Notes under the pieces: generated by a model | The model's database searches: none | What the model was told of the DNA's origin: nothing | What the model saw: only the letters and a program-made list of their open reading frames with translations | Shown: in pieces, positions 22,504-35,213 of the stretch | Numbering within the stretch: the stretch's first letter is position 1 | Layout: every line of letters begins with the position of its first letter | Origin: Lophium mytilinum | Lineage: Eukaryota | Direction: 5' to 3' | Length of the DNA: 64,000 bases | Assembly: GCA_010093605.1 (NCBI GenBank) | Contig: MU004184.1 | Location: 568,801-632,800 of the forward strand | Position numbers and translations under genes: made by a program

Positions 22504-25500
22504 ATGGCGCTCAACTTCGATAAGCTGGCTCACTTGCAGAGCAATTACGATAAGCCGAAACTAGGGCTCAAGGAATGCAATAGGCGGTTACAAAAGCACC
22601 CGCAGGACCCTTACTTGCTAGTCAGTCATCGTGATGCCATTTAGTATAGAACAGCTAATGAGAGGTCTGTGAAGGCATGGAAAGTAGATCTCATTTCAAT
22701 CTCGGACCCGGGGGGTGCGCAGACGATATGGGCAAATTTGTGCAAGAAAAAGCCTCCTATAACGGATACTGAACTACTTCCATACGTCTATTCGCTGTCG
22801 CCTCGCCTCGCTGAAGGGCTCCACACGACCAACACTGCGGGGCCTGAGTCTCGAACTTTGTGGCAGAATGCGGCCAACCAGATGAACAGGTCAGCTGACC
22901 GAGCGAGGTTGTTCAATATCTGTGTGAATGCCGCTAAAATGCAAGATTGCTGGGAAGATGTTCGATGGGTAAGAATCATGAATCTCATATATCGTCTTGG
23001 GTGGCACTATTGCAGAATTTATTTTTCCTACCCCTCGTCCTAAAACAACGGTCATCAAGAACGCTCATATATTGCACCAAATCTCAAGTGGACCTACTCG
23101 TTCAGACGTTGACCAGTCGAACACGTAAAGCTAATTTCTTCCTAGGCCTTACTACAATATCGAAAGGAGACCCCTTCGAACGCCAAACCGTTCTTTACGT
23201 ACATCGTCGCCTCTCAGCTCTCGGCAGAGAAGGAGAAGTCGCTAGGCAACGCGACTGGTGCAATGATTGCGAGTAGCGTTGCTTACAAGTTCCTCAAAGC
23301 AGCGTGGGACAATGTGGAAAGCAAACCGGTTCGAGACCACACACTCCCGTATCAGTCTCTCATCCACTAACATGGGGTAGGGGGCGGTAGATAGAATCAC
23401 GGACACCCGGCAACTGCGCCTGATGTATCAAATCTTCCAAAGACAAAACCGTGGAAAAGAGTTTCTAGAGCTCCTCGAAAAGGCTCCTCCGGGAATCCAA
23501 GCAATCCTCTCCGCAAACCACCTTGAGGTCTTGAAATGGAGACTGGACACAACGAAAGAAGAAAAGCTATGGAGGCAATTATGGGACGTAACTTCCAAAT
23601 TGGCGGACGATTCTAGTAAATTCATTGACTGGAGGATCTGGTCCGGAATGCTAGCAGCTAGTGATCAGTTTGAAAGCGAAGAGTACGCTACCGTTCTTGA
23701 ATCCATTCCAATCTCTTAAGAATGCTAACTCTTTTAGGGACAAGAATCTCGCAGATGAGACATTCAGACAGCTGGCGGAAGCACCGGCCCAATCCTCTAG
23801 GGAAGCACGATTGGCCATCCTAACGTACGGATCTAAGCAAAGCTCAAAAGAAAAGCTACTCCTTCAATGCAAGAAGTATTGGGACGAATACTCGGCGTTC
23901 AACTGCTGCTTCAATGATCTCCGTCATATCATTGAACCGCTCGACCAAAGCGCAAGGGAGGCTTTCCTATCTCATGCAAGGAATGGCGCAGTCTCTATGA
24001 AACTAAGCGGCGAGGGAGATAGTACGAAGGTAATATCCACCCTTGAGTCAAACTCTTGGCATTTTCGATAGACTTCGCGTTTTTTTAAGTCATTACAAAA
24101 CTAACGTTTGTCTTAGAAACAATCATCCTGGCTGCAAGCAGAAGTCAATGCGCTCAAGTTCGATTACCTTCTCAACCTATCACGACCAGAGGCTTTCGAT
24201 CAAACTGTTCTCGAGACCTTTATATGCAACTGTATTCGGCTCTACAAGCTCGGAGTTCATATTCAGCACAGCAGCAACTACGACGCTGGGCTGTTGGCTG
24301 TCATGAGCCTTGTCAAGCTTCACCATTGCGTGGTCACAGCTGCGGAAAAGACTCAGATCGTGCAGAATGCTCGTTACTTGTTGCAAGCTGCATATTTGCT
24401 TCAGGACATGACAGCAGGAAGTCAGGGCGATGAAAATCGTCAACTCGTTTTGGTTTCGATTCGTGTCCACACGTTGCTAGGGCTTGGAAACATTGCTCTG
24501 GGTCTAATTTCAGACGTCAAAACAAAGGAATTCCTTTACGACACGGTGGCATACACCTGGTTGTCCCGCATATCACTAACTTTTCCGCTCGGGAGCGCGA
24601 AGCCAAAGACTACGGATCCGAGTTCGAACCTAGCTGCGGCACTTCAGTTTTATGGGAAAGCTTCTAGGAACATCAATGACTTCCTCAAGGCAGACATCCA
24701 GACCTTCCAATTTGACCAAGGCCTTGAATTGGTCGACTTCAAGAGAAAGCTTGACCTGTCTCTCGTCAAACATATCAACGTTCTAGAACGGCGAAGAGTG
24801 GCACGCTTGAAAGGAGTTCCCTGTGATGAGGCCGATCTAAGCTTTCTCGGTATGTCTAGCCTCTCAGCTGATGAGCACGGGAACGTGCAAGTAACACGAG
24901 GCGCATTCGCTAACTATCGCAGCGCCTGATATTAAATCGTTGGTTGATAGCCGTGACTTCAGTATCATTCCTAGCTTCGAAAGCTCATCCTCCCACCCAT
25001 TCCATTCCCTCTTGGCAGAAAGCCCTTATCCGGACTACTCTTGGTTTATACGACACACGACTATCGACGATACCTGGAGTATCCTGGCCGAAGAAAACTC
25101 TATACTACGAAATCCGGGCTACAGGAGCCTGGTATTACAAAAGCTTGAGGAAGAAGATATTGAAAAAGCTTGCTTGACAGATATCGAGAGGCTTGGATCC
25201 AAAGTTTGGATGACGATTCATTCCGTAGCCAGGCAGATCATGCTGGGACACACATCTAAAAATTCCATGCCACAGGGGATTCAGCAGATTCACGATTGGC
25301 TGAACGGCGTCTTTCAAACAACGCTAAATACGTTCTTTGAGCTCAGGTCACAAGGAGAAGACACAGATTTAGCTGACGCTTTGATTCTTCCGACTTCAGG
25401 AAGCCTCCAGACCATCTACTATTCCTTTGAACTCCTTCGAACTGTCACAAAGCTTTGCGACGTCATACAGGGATTTCTCAAGCAAAAGGCACCGCATAAA

Positions 25501-25773
25501 GCGAAAGAAGTCTTCAAAAAGGAGAAGATTGCGCAGTTGGCGAACTGTGCGGAAGAAATCTACAAGTCGATTGGAACATTTTTGAACGCGAGGCTGAAGG
25601 AAGTCATCCGCATTGGTGAGCGGTCGCTGAGGGCCCAGCTGCAACATGGATCAACTGGTGCAGCTCTGCAAGAGCTGATGAAATTTGAGGACTATGCAGG
25701 CTATTTAGATGCAGCGAAAGATGCATACAAGACTGCTCTCAAAGTCTCACTAAGGGGACCAGCGTCGAAATAG
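22504..25773 (+). CDS. MDM20: NatB N-terminal acetyltransferase auxiliary subunit (Mdm20/NAA25-like)
   Basis: Multi-exon helical protein starting MALNFDKL..KLGLKECNRRLQKHPQDPYLL; family-like segments CCFNDLRHII, LVSIRVHTLLGLG..VKTKEFLYDTVAY and DSRDFSIIPSFE. Confidence 0.75.
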
Positions 25774-26371
25774 TATAAGATCACATTTGAGCGTTGTGCA
25801 TTGATCCACGGATGGAGTCAGGTCCCATTTGATGGTTGGCCGGCGAGGATCATGGAGACAAATCAAGGGGTTCGAAATCAATTCTACTACTCTACTGATC
25901 ATTCTCATCTCGCGGTAATAAGTGTTCTTTTCGAGAAAGCCTTCAGTCCAATACTTTATGCACTCCACGTGCCGTTTCTCCGCCAACGATTCTGTCGCTG
26001 CTACTCCCGCAATAATCTAGAAAATTAGTAAATACTTCGTAACAATTGGAAAGCCCGAGCAGTAGAGAAGTTTCATGGTCTTTACCTTCCAGGAAGCGTA
26101 AACAATGGTAACTTGTGAAAGTAATATCGAAATTTTCTTGGCGTTCAAATAGGTCTTTATTTACCCGCTCCGAACCGCGACCACCTCAACTTCTCCTCAC
26201 CTTTACACTCAGCTTTCTGCCACAACAACCAGCTACAACTTCTCTCGCTCGCCCAGCTGTTTGACTAACCTACCCCATCATTTTCGCGGGTTCTCTCTAT
26301 TTTCGCGGAAGCTACTTCTCAAATTACTGTGGAACTCGTCAACATCTACAAGATCAACAATCCGAATCACC

Positions 26372-27170
26372 ATGCCTCGAGGTAAGCTCCACGTCTTTCG
26401 ACACGACATACGCAACCGTCACTAGAGAAGAAACCATACTGAATAAAGTGGCAGGCGCCCTTAGGTCTACAGGCGCCAACGCGGCCGCCCCCAAGGCCAA
26501 AGCTGCCGGTAAGTTAACAATTATATTCGTCTCCGCCGCCATTCCACACTAGTACCGGTTGCAACACAGACTATTCTCTGAGACCTTCAGCGTTGCAAAC
26601 CTATCTACCCACTATTCCAATCCCTCCACTAAAACTGTCGTATCAGAACCCCAAAACGCTCCTGCTCCTGCTGCGAAGCGCCGTGGCCGTCCTCCGAAAG
26701 CCCTCAAAGCAGGCCCCGGACGTCCAAAAGGCGTCACCAAGCACAAGAACGTTGCCCCCAAGCCGGCAGCGACCAAGCGAGGCGGCGTTATTTCCAAGCT
26801 CGATAGTGCCCGCGCCGATGTCGACAACAAGGTGAAGGCTCCGCCGAGGCTTATGAAGGACGGGAAGGTCAAGGCAACGGTCTTGATGCATCAGTACCGT
26901 GAGTTGCCCTCCTAGGTTTTGCTCTGAAGGCTTGGGCTGACCTTGGGGGCCTTACTTAGTCAATGCTCATCGTCCGGCGCTCGCCCACCTCACGGCTAGC
27001 GAGCAGCGCAAGAGGCTCTACGAGATGGTGCGTGTAACCCTGTGTTCATTTCTATAGATATTGAGGAAACTAATACTGGTATATAGTGGCACAACGCCTC
27101 CGAGAACCCGAAGAACGCCGCAGGTGGAGCGAAAGGAGCCAGAGGAGTTTCTACTGATAGCGACGAGTAG
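26372..27170 (+). CDS. Small basic chromatin protein with AT-hook motifs and a C-terminal HMG/YABBY-like helical segment
   Basis: About 5 exons: MPR..., KRRGRPPK and GPGRPKG AT-hooks, then LMHQYLNAHRPALAHLTASEQRKRLYEMWHNASENPKN; stop TAG at 27168-27170. Confidence 0.65.
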
Positions 27171-27527
27171 AGGATGGAACACTCCGGAGTGCTTGAAGCT
27201 CTTGGAGCTATCGAGGCTTCAACTCCATGGTTCAATATGCAATCCATGTTAGGTTTCCAGGGCGAGATCAAGGCTGGGCTTTATGTCTTTGGAGCTTCAT
27301 GGTTTTCGGGCTTTTCGGTTTCTGCGGTGGTGCAACTCACTGATATTCCACTGATGGGTTTAGCTTGCGCTGATATGCGCGAAAGGTAGCTAAAGAAATG
27401 CAGCCCTTTCATACTCTCTTGCAGAAAAGGGTTTTGGACGCTCGATTATCATATTACATAACGCGTCCAAGAATTTTCCTCGTATACCTCTCTTCTCTCA
27501 AAGGGCTACATATCCCTTGATCCACCC

Positions 27528-28590
27528 TCAGTCTTTCCCTCCTCTCAACATCTTCGACAGGCCATTGCACGCGCTTCGGCGCTCGCCGACGGTTTGACTC
27601 AGCTTCTCCACTGCCGTACCCGCATCCGCAAGATCGTCAACGAGTACCTCGTCCTTCCCAGCCGCGAGTCCCGCAAACGCGGCATCTGTGAAGTCGCTGA
27701 CGGGCATGCCGAGTTCACGGCCGGCGGGCCCCATGTAGTCGTGGAGCTCACCTAGAAACGTCAGCTATAATTTCTTCGAAGCAATGGGGTATACGCCGCG
27801 TCTTTGCCAAAACAAAAGTTTCACGTGGTCACGCCTCGCACGGGAGGCAAAGGGGATGGAAAGATATGGCCTAATCTGCACAACTGGCAAAGACACCTCG
27901 ATAACTTTGATGCTCGAGTTGCGGGGCTCTTCTCGCAAGCAAAGGATGAAAGAGCTCAGAGCGGCTTTAGACGCTGAGTAGCCGGAGAGACCTGCTGCTG
28001 GGATGTACGCGAGATGGGACGTAGTGCTGGCATATGCATCAGTGATGCTCTCTCGTGATGGTCTTGGGGGCTGCCATGAACTAAAACAGCGGAACTCACT
28101 ATATCAAGCTTGTCTTGGAGCGTTTGTTCAAAAGAAACGGCAGGAAGGCGTGGGTTAGGTTGACGAAGCTGGTGAAGTTGACGGAGACGTCGTTGTGGAT
28201 GGCTTGCATGTCCCATTTAGCAGGTTCGGCGAGGTTGATAATTGTCTAGGTTCCAGCGTTCAGAAAGACACAGTCGATGTCTAGGGTTTTCCTAGTTACA
28301 GTTTACATTTATGCTAGCAGAACACTCTGAAAGAGGGAAGTTATAGAAGTGTCGTCAGAAATGGGAATGTACTCTGCTGCAAACTTAGGCATCGCATTAG
28401 AATCTGCTATATCAACTCGCTCAGCCGATGTCTTGTTGGCGCCATGAGTCGTAACGAACTCATCCAGTCTGTCTTGTCGTCTTCCAACTGCGGTCACTTT
28501 GACTCCTTCTTGGACGAGGCGATGTGCCATTGCTTTGCCAATGCCGGCGGTGGCACCGACCAGGAGGACGTGCTTATATGGAAATGACAT
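27528..28590 (-). pseudogene. Short-chain dehydrogenase/reductase pseudogene
   Basis: GATAGIG, FLNAG and YSASK motifs present. In-frame TAG at 28246-28248 (NAGT*), no AG at the expected exon-2 acceptor, and TT instead of GT at the last donor (~27873). Confidence 0.8.
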
Positions 28591-29359
28591 TATCGAGTCG
28601 CTTGAAAGAGGTAACTTCTTGAAAGGGGGAGAGCTGGCAGAGTAATGTTATATGAGATCTAAGACTGATGAATTTCCTTTACTATTTATATATTACACCG
28701 TATGGTTTTCTGTCTTCAACTCTGTCCCAAACTCAGTGCATCATAGACGAAACTCTAACTTAGCAGATAAGTCCGCCTTGATTACAGAACGAAAGCTCAT
28801 TTTCCAACCGGCTCTGACGATGGAACTCCGTGGCCGAGGCCACCACATTCATATTTTGTAGATTTCTCACCACCGCCGCAATGATACGCTGGTTCGGGTA
28901 GGGTGCTGGCTCTAGGATCTCGGGTCAATAAGGCTACGTAGCAGCTTATCTAATTAAAGCTGGTACGAAAACTTGCCTCCCTGGGAAAGTTTGTATAAAG
29001 CATACGTACGTACACGCTCGATGCTTGACGTTAATTGAAGCTATCTCTAGCATGCGCTAAATCGCAATCTGCATACTAAGTTTGGTCTAGCGCTCAAAGT
29101 AAGATCGAACTAACTAGCTTCTGATTAGATATAGCCTGAAATCCATCTATCAAATGAGGGAAGACCTAGCTTTGTCACAACCGAACGTTCAACTCCGATG
29201 ACCCCTGCATCACCTGCACCATGCTTCACTGCTCCTATCCGGTAGCATTATCTCCGTTTGGTCCCGTCTTGTCGCTTGATTACATAACACCGTGAAGGTA
29301 ACTCAACGAGCCCTGCAACAGTTGCCTCCTCTCTTTGTGTCGGGCTAAGATAGGATACC

Positions 29360-30914
29360 ATGGTGTTCTGCGGCCGGCCATCCAAGGCATGTCAACGATG
29401 TAGAGAACGCAAGCTGAGAGTAAGCTTTTTCTGAAACTCCGTATCTTGACATGATGATCAATGCCGCCTAGTGCGATCTCAGGATACCATCGTGCGGGCA
29501 ATGCAATAGAGCAATCGCCAAGTGCCACGGGTATCGAGATACGCGACAGATCCGAATCAGGAACGAAAGCCAAGCGGTGCGGATGAAGGCTCTCCAAAGG
29601 GTTACCCCCAGTCTTATTCCCCCACGAATCCAAGCTTTCCCGTTGTCGTTAGACGCCCAAGCACGGGACATGTTCTTCAGGTTTTACGTGGATGGCTTCT
29701 CCACGACCTGGAGTTTCTTAAAACCCTTTTACCACCCCACGGATGCGCCTCTTCATCTGTCGCTGAGCATAGACTGCGTTAGCTTGGCCTTTATATCGCT
29801 CGGGGGTTGTGCAGATGAGGCTGCCTTAGTGCCAGCTCGGGAGAAATATACCTCAGCCCTGCATATGACGAATAAAGCATTGCAGAATCCGGAATCTGCG
29901 TCCAAAGATGTTACCATCCTCGTCTCTGCACTGCTACTGGATCTCTTCGAGAAAATGACGAACACCAGACATAGGGAGAGCAATTCTTGGACCAGCCACG
30001 TCGACGGTGCACTCGCTCTTATCCGACTAAGAGGACTCGATAAGTTTCAGACGCCTGAAGGGGTCAGGCTACTCGTACGGCTCTGCACAAATCTCCTCAT
30101 CAGTTGTATGGCCATAGGCCATAGGATTCCAGACGAGCTCCAGGAGCTCCGTGACTACGCCTCGAAACACCTCAACGTCAACGACCCAAAGTGGAGAGTA
30201 ACAGACCTAAGCGTGCAGTACGCTAATCTCCGAGGTGACATCCACACAGGAGCGATCCCTCCTGACGAAATCATTGGCCACGCTCTCGAGCTGGACGCCA
30301 AATACGCTGCCATTGGACACACCATGCCACCACCCTGGCAATACACAACTACCTTCACACCGCCGCCCTCTCCCCACATATACAACCAGACTTACTTCAA
30401 CTACCTCGACCGCCACATCACTCAAACATGGAACGTCATCCGCTTCACACGCATCCTCCTGAACGAGCTCATACTAACCCACTGCTCCGCCTCGGACCCC
30501 CTGGCGACCCAAGCCATCAAGGTCATCCAGACCGCTGTTTCTGACATATGCGCCACCGCTCCTCAATACATCGACTGTGCCCACGCTGCATTGCACCTTC
30601 TCCCGGAATCCCAAAAGCCACCCGCGCCACCTGGCACAGGCATCGTCGCTCCGGACGGGAGCCCGCACACGCACTATCCGTGGCAGAAGATGAGCGCGTA
30701 TACTCTTATCTTCCCCCTCTTCGTAGCTGCACAGTCGCGGTACTCGCCACCGGATGCGAGAGGCTGGATAGCGAAGCAGATGAGATGGATGGAGGTGCAT
30801 TTCGGGATCAAGATCGGTGGGACGGTGGCGGCGATGTTGGAGAAGGAGGGTGATCTGGATTTTGACGTGTGGAGTTTGTATGCGATGTTGGGGAGTTATG
30901 CTTTTGCTGCGTAA
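29360..30914 (+). CDS. Zn(II)2Cys6 fungal transcription factor
   Basis: MVFCGRPSKACQRCRERKLR, intron, CDLRIPSCGQCNRAIAKCHGYRD, then an intact fungal TF middle region (WTSHVDGALALIRLRG, WNVIRFTRILL). Confidence 0.92.
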
Positions 30915-31281
30915 TGATAGGGAATGTGCGGGCTTTTGATTACGAATTAGCAACGGAGAAGGACAACTATCGTACCTCAAAATTACAACAACGCGAAGGC
31001 TACGGGTAAGCGAAAGAGCAAATTAATGGAAACTTCTGTATTACTACTATCCGGCGCAGTAACCGTTGCTGTGCAAATGACACTGTCTCGTCTGCAAGAA
31101 CACAGGAATGGAGAGCTAGTAGCAACACAGTACAGAAGAAAGAGGCATACCAAAGCCAAAACACCAAGTACCCAATAAGTGGACGATTCCAAGGTCCCCG
31201 GACCGTCTCCAATAACGCCAAGACTGTTCAAATGACTGAACTGTAATGGTTCGTCTCCGCTGGGATTGATAGCTTCACTGA

Positions 31282-32762
31282 TCACAATTCGCCGACGATC
31301 AATTGGAAGTTCTCAAACTCATCCTCCTCTGCGAGTACACCTGAAGGAGTGAACGAGTTCAGCCATCCATCAACGTCATCATCGTCTTCGTCTTCGAGGT
31401 TCTTGAACTGTATCTCCCGCATCAATTCCTCCTCAGCTTCATAGCTGAAGTTCTCCTTTGCGAATCGGGCAGGGGCCACGATATTGCCAGAGCTAGAGCG
31501 AGACAAGGAGCGCGATACAGACCCAACAGGTGTGCTGACTGTACGCTTGTGTGCAGAGGGCTTGGCAAAAGAGTTGGTAGAAGCGGGCTTGATGATAGTG
31601 GAAGGAGCGTTCTTAGTGAGGTTTGAAAGGGGCTTTCGGAGAGATGTTGATGTGCTCCGCCCGTGGGAGTATCCGATCGTGCTTCGTGACGCGGTGGTTG
31701 CTGCTGCGTGACGAGCTGCCGATGGATTGAGAGCCGGGGTTGTTTTCTTGCTTGACAGCAGGTTGAGTTTTGAAGGAACACGTGCCTTTGTAGCGGCAGT
31801 TGGAGCTGCAAAGTTTGACTTGGGCTTTGGAGAGAGCGCTAGAGCTGCGGTTCTGGAGTTCACGGTTGACGGCGGTTTTGACGCCAATGGCTTGCGGACA
31901 ACCGGCTCAGACTTCTTCTTTTGCATGAGCAGGCCTTCAGCAATTGAGGCTTGAACTGCTGCAAGATCATCATCCATCGCCTTCTGCATGATCTCCTCAT
32001 CGCGTTTATCAGACTTGGCCTTTCTTGCAATGTCTTTGCGCTCGTCGAGCGTCAGACCGTCGTCGCCGACCGGGTTGAAGTATGTGGAATCCATGCCGCG
32101 GGCGAAACTGGAGCCCTTCAGCGTAGGGAACTCCATATCGGCTGGCCAACCTTCCGGGTCATCTGGGAGGGCTGAGATAAATTAGCCACTGCACCTGTGT
32201 CTTTGAGGGAGGCAACCTACGAATGCACTTAGGAGGCATGTACTCAATGTCCCGCTCTTCCTCCGCCGCCTCATCTTTGACAGCTTCTGCTTGGTGTACT
32301 TTAACTTTGGGACGTCGCAGGCGCGGGCTGGTCTTCTTTTGTGTCTTCGCTGAACCGGTAAGCGGAGCTGGCGTTTGGAAAGCTTTGGTCTTTGCGTTGG
32401 TGGTTTTCATGCCCAAGGGGGCTCGCATCCGGGGACCTGCATACTCATTAGATATTTTTCTTCTAAATGAATCATTGTTGCCTACCCGCTGGTGTAATGA
32501 AAGCATTCTTGTTCAGGTCTCCCCCTTTCCCGCCTCCTAAGAAGTCTTGGTTGCCTTTGCCATTCGTCTTCAACACAGACTTCCCGCCTTTGAACAGCGC
32601 GTTTTCATCGTTGAGCGGGATCTTGAACGGAGTCTTGGGCGCCTTGTTTCCGGGAGTCTTTGCGCCGTAGCCCTTCAGGCCCTGGTTGAGCGGTTTTGCT
32701 GCGGCTACGGTCTGGAAGCCATGCACCAGATTTTCCTGGTCACTTGCAGCGGCGAACTCCAT
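31282..32762 (-). CDS. Securin-like disordered protein (putative)
   Basis: 3 exons; DQEN (KEN-like), D-box-like RAPLGMKTTN and RKPLSNLTKN, motif EEERDIEYMPPK, many TP/SP sites, acidic C-terminus. Confidence 0.6.
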
Positions 32763-33092
32763 ATTCGCTGGTTGACATTGATGGTGTGCGGTTGTGAGGG
32801 CGTCAACGATCGTCAGGAGCTGTGGTGGTTGTTGGTTTGTTTGTGTATAGATTCACTCGCCGCCGCGTTGCCGAGAGAAACGGCTTGGCGCCGGTGGAAG
32901 GTGCGGTGGACCCCTGCACTCCGAGCACGCCCCTCCATTATCTGCTTCAGCAGCCACGCAGTCAACACCGACTCACCTCACTCCACGCCGCCCCTACAAC
33001 CTACTCCTCAGCTTCCTATAGCACGCCTCCTACCTATCTTCGCAGAGTCTCGCACAATTCAAAGAAACCTAGAACCCACCAAAGCAGCTGCC

Positions 33093-33805
33093 ATGGATCA
33101 AATCAAAGCGGTAAGTGTTGCTGTGCCCCTCTCACCATACTATGCGCTGTCCCGCCTACGTGCACATCTCCTGTTCGCGTCTAGGTACTGTCGTACAACC
33201 CTTGAAGACGCTCTAGCACGAACGAAAGCAAGCAAACAGAACTATATCGCTAACATGTGAATGCTTTAGCGCATGGCGGCTCTCCGTGTCGAGGCGGACG
33301 CCAACGCCTCACAGGCCGAAGAGTTCAAGGCCAGAGTCAAGACACTCGAATCCGAGAACCTCGCCAAGGAACAAGAGATCACATCTCTATCACACAAGAA
33401 CCAGGTACTTGAAGAAGAGGTTGAGAAGCTCGAGACCAAAATCAAGGAATACAAGGGCATCGCGGACGAGAGTTCGCACTCAGGGAGGAACGCTGAGGGC
33501 TTACAACGCAAGGTACAGCTGCTTGAGGAGGAGGCCGAAGAAGCCGACCGCAACATCCGAGAACTCAACGAGAAGTATGGCGTCCCTCGAATGGCTTTGG
33601 ACCTTCATCTCCACAGCGCAATGTAACTAACTGGGTGTCCAGGCTGCGCCAGACCGATGTGAAGTCCGGACACTACGAACGCAAGGTGCAAGCTCTGGAA
33701 GCAGCGAAAGATCAATGGGAGACCAAGTACGAGGAGCTGCTCAAGGCACACGAAGCGACAAAGAAGGAGTTGGCGGACTTTGTCGCCGAGATCGGCAACA
33801 TCTAG
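33093..33805 (+). CDS. TPM1: Tropomyosin
   Basis: 3 exons: MDQIKA RMAALRVEADAN...LQRKVQLLEEEAEEADRNIRELNEK LRQTDVKSGHYERKVQALE; continuous coiled coil. Confidence 0.95.
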
Positions 33806-34086
33806 TCTTCTTCTTCGTTGCGATGTTGATGGATGGTGAGCATGGATTTGGGCGTGGATTGCGGGGGACTTATATCTCTTACTGTTCGGATGGTAGTGTC
33901 TTCCTGCTAGGGTCTGATTGCAGGCTGAGCCCTATGACGCCCTGTTGGTAGAACTGTCACCTCTGTCAATACCAAGCATTCCCTCATGAGGGTGGTGGCT
34001 CTTTTGTTGCTCTTTGGAGGCTTTTGAGTAAGCATGGTTTTGTTCTATGATAGTGGAAGTCACACAATGATTGGGTATTCGATAAG

Positions 34087-34836
34087 CTAATCTCGACGAG
34101 CCTTTGCCTGCGATCTATTCTTTGACCGTTCCTTGAACCTGGTGACCTTCCGTTCCGATTTCGTCTCGTACCGGAACTTGACCTTTCTCTTTTTCGGCTT
34201 GTCCTTGTGTGGATTATCCTTAGTCCATACACGCTTCTTGCTCTCTGCATCCTTCGATGCCGCATCTCCAACCTCTTGAGTGCCACCCTCCTCCTCCGGC
34301 TTGCTGAATCCGCTCTTACTTATATCCACACTCTCGACCGTGACTGATGTGTACTTGTCCTCGTCAATGTATTCCTCTTCCCGATCTATCGGTGGTGGTA
34401 GCTCTTCGGCGATCCCTTCCCACTCGTCCTCATTTTCGTCATCATCCGTCTCCTCCCCACCTTCGCTCATATCGCCGCTCGCTTTCTTCAGTAGGGCATT
34501 TACTTCGTTTACATGTCGTTCCAAGTCATCTTTTCGCTGTTGCCGTATCTATACAGGACGAGTTAGTAGTTGTTCATGTAAATGTATAAAGCAATTGATC
34601 TTTTCCGTAGTCCAAGGCCAGAGATGCTCAGATCGCCGTAAATCAGTAATCGTAATTACCATTCGCCTAGCTTCGACCTTCTCTTGCTTCGCCGTCTTCG
34701 CAGCTTCCTCCTGCGCACGCTTTGCCCGCGCAAGCTTGCGTTTGTGGAATCCAGTGAGGTATTCTTCGCGTGCGGCGAAGTCGAAGGTGATTTCGGCCAC
34801 CGGCGCAGTTTTCTGGCGCTTGGCTGGTGGTTTCAT
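34087..34836 (-). CDS. RRP17: rRNA-processing protein Rrp17/Nop25 (NOL12 family)
   Basis: EITFDFAAREEYLTGFHKRKLAR and KKRKVKFRYETKSERK; one intron. Confidence 0.9.
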
Positions 34837-35213
34837 CGTGGAATATCGACCTCCGAGAGGGTTAGGAAATTGGTGGAGTGGACTTTGGTTGTTCGAGGTC
34901 GATTCGAGGTTGGAGAAAATATACTGCCAAGAGAAGGGTCTGGATTAATGTTGATCCGACATGATTTGACTTCTTGAATTACACTCGAAGCTCGACGACT
35001 ACTTCAAACTATAGCCTATTGAATGTGATCGAGATCTCTGGGTTTTGAACGCATGAGCTTGTGGGATATCGCGTTGTAATAGACGTGATCGTGTAAATAT
35101 CGCGACGAACTCACATTTCTGGCGTCCTTTGCTCTCAACTCTAGGACCCCCAAGGTTGCACCATAGCTATCTTTTAAGTTTGACAGCGCCTGTTCACAGC
35201 TCTACCTTACATC

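Noticed and set aside
27528..30914. Secondary-metabolite gene cluster
   Set aside because: No PKS, NRPS, terpene or other backbone gene in the window; the flanks are housekeeping-type genes.
32547..33260. 237-aa plus-strand ORF
   Set aside because: Spans the antisense securin-like exon, the promoter and tropomyosin intron 1; no protein-like features.
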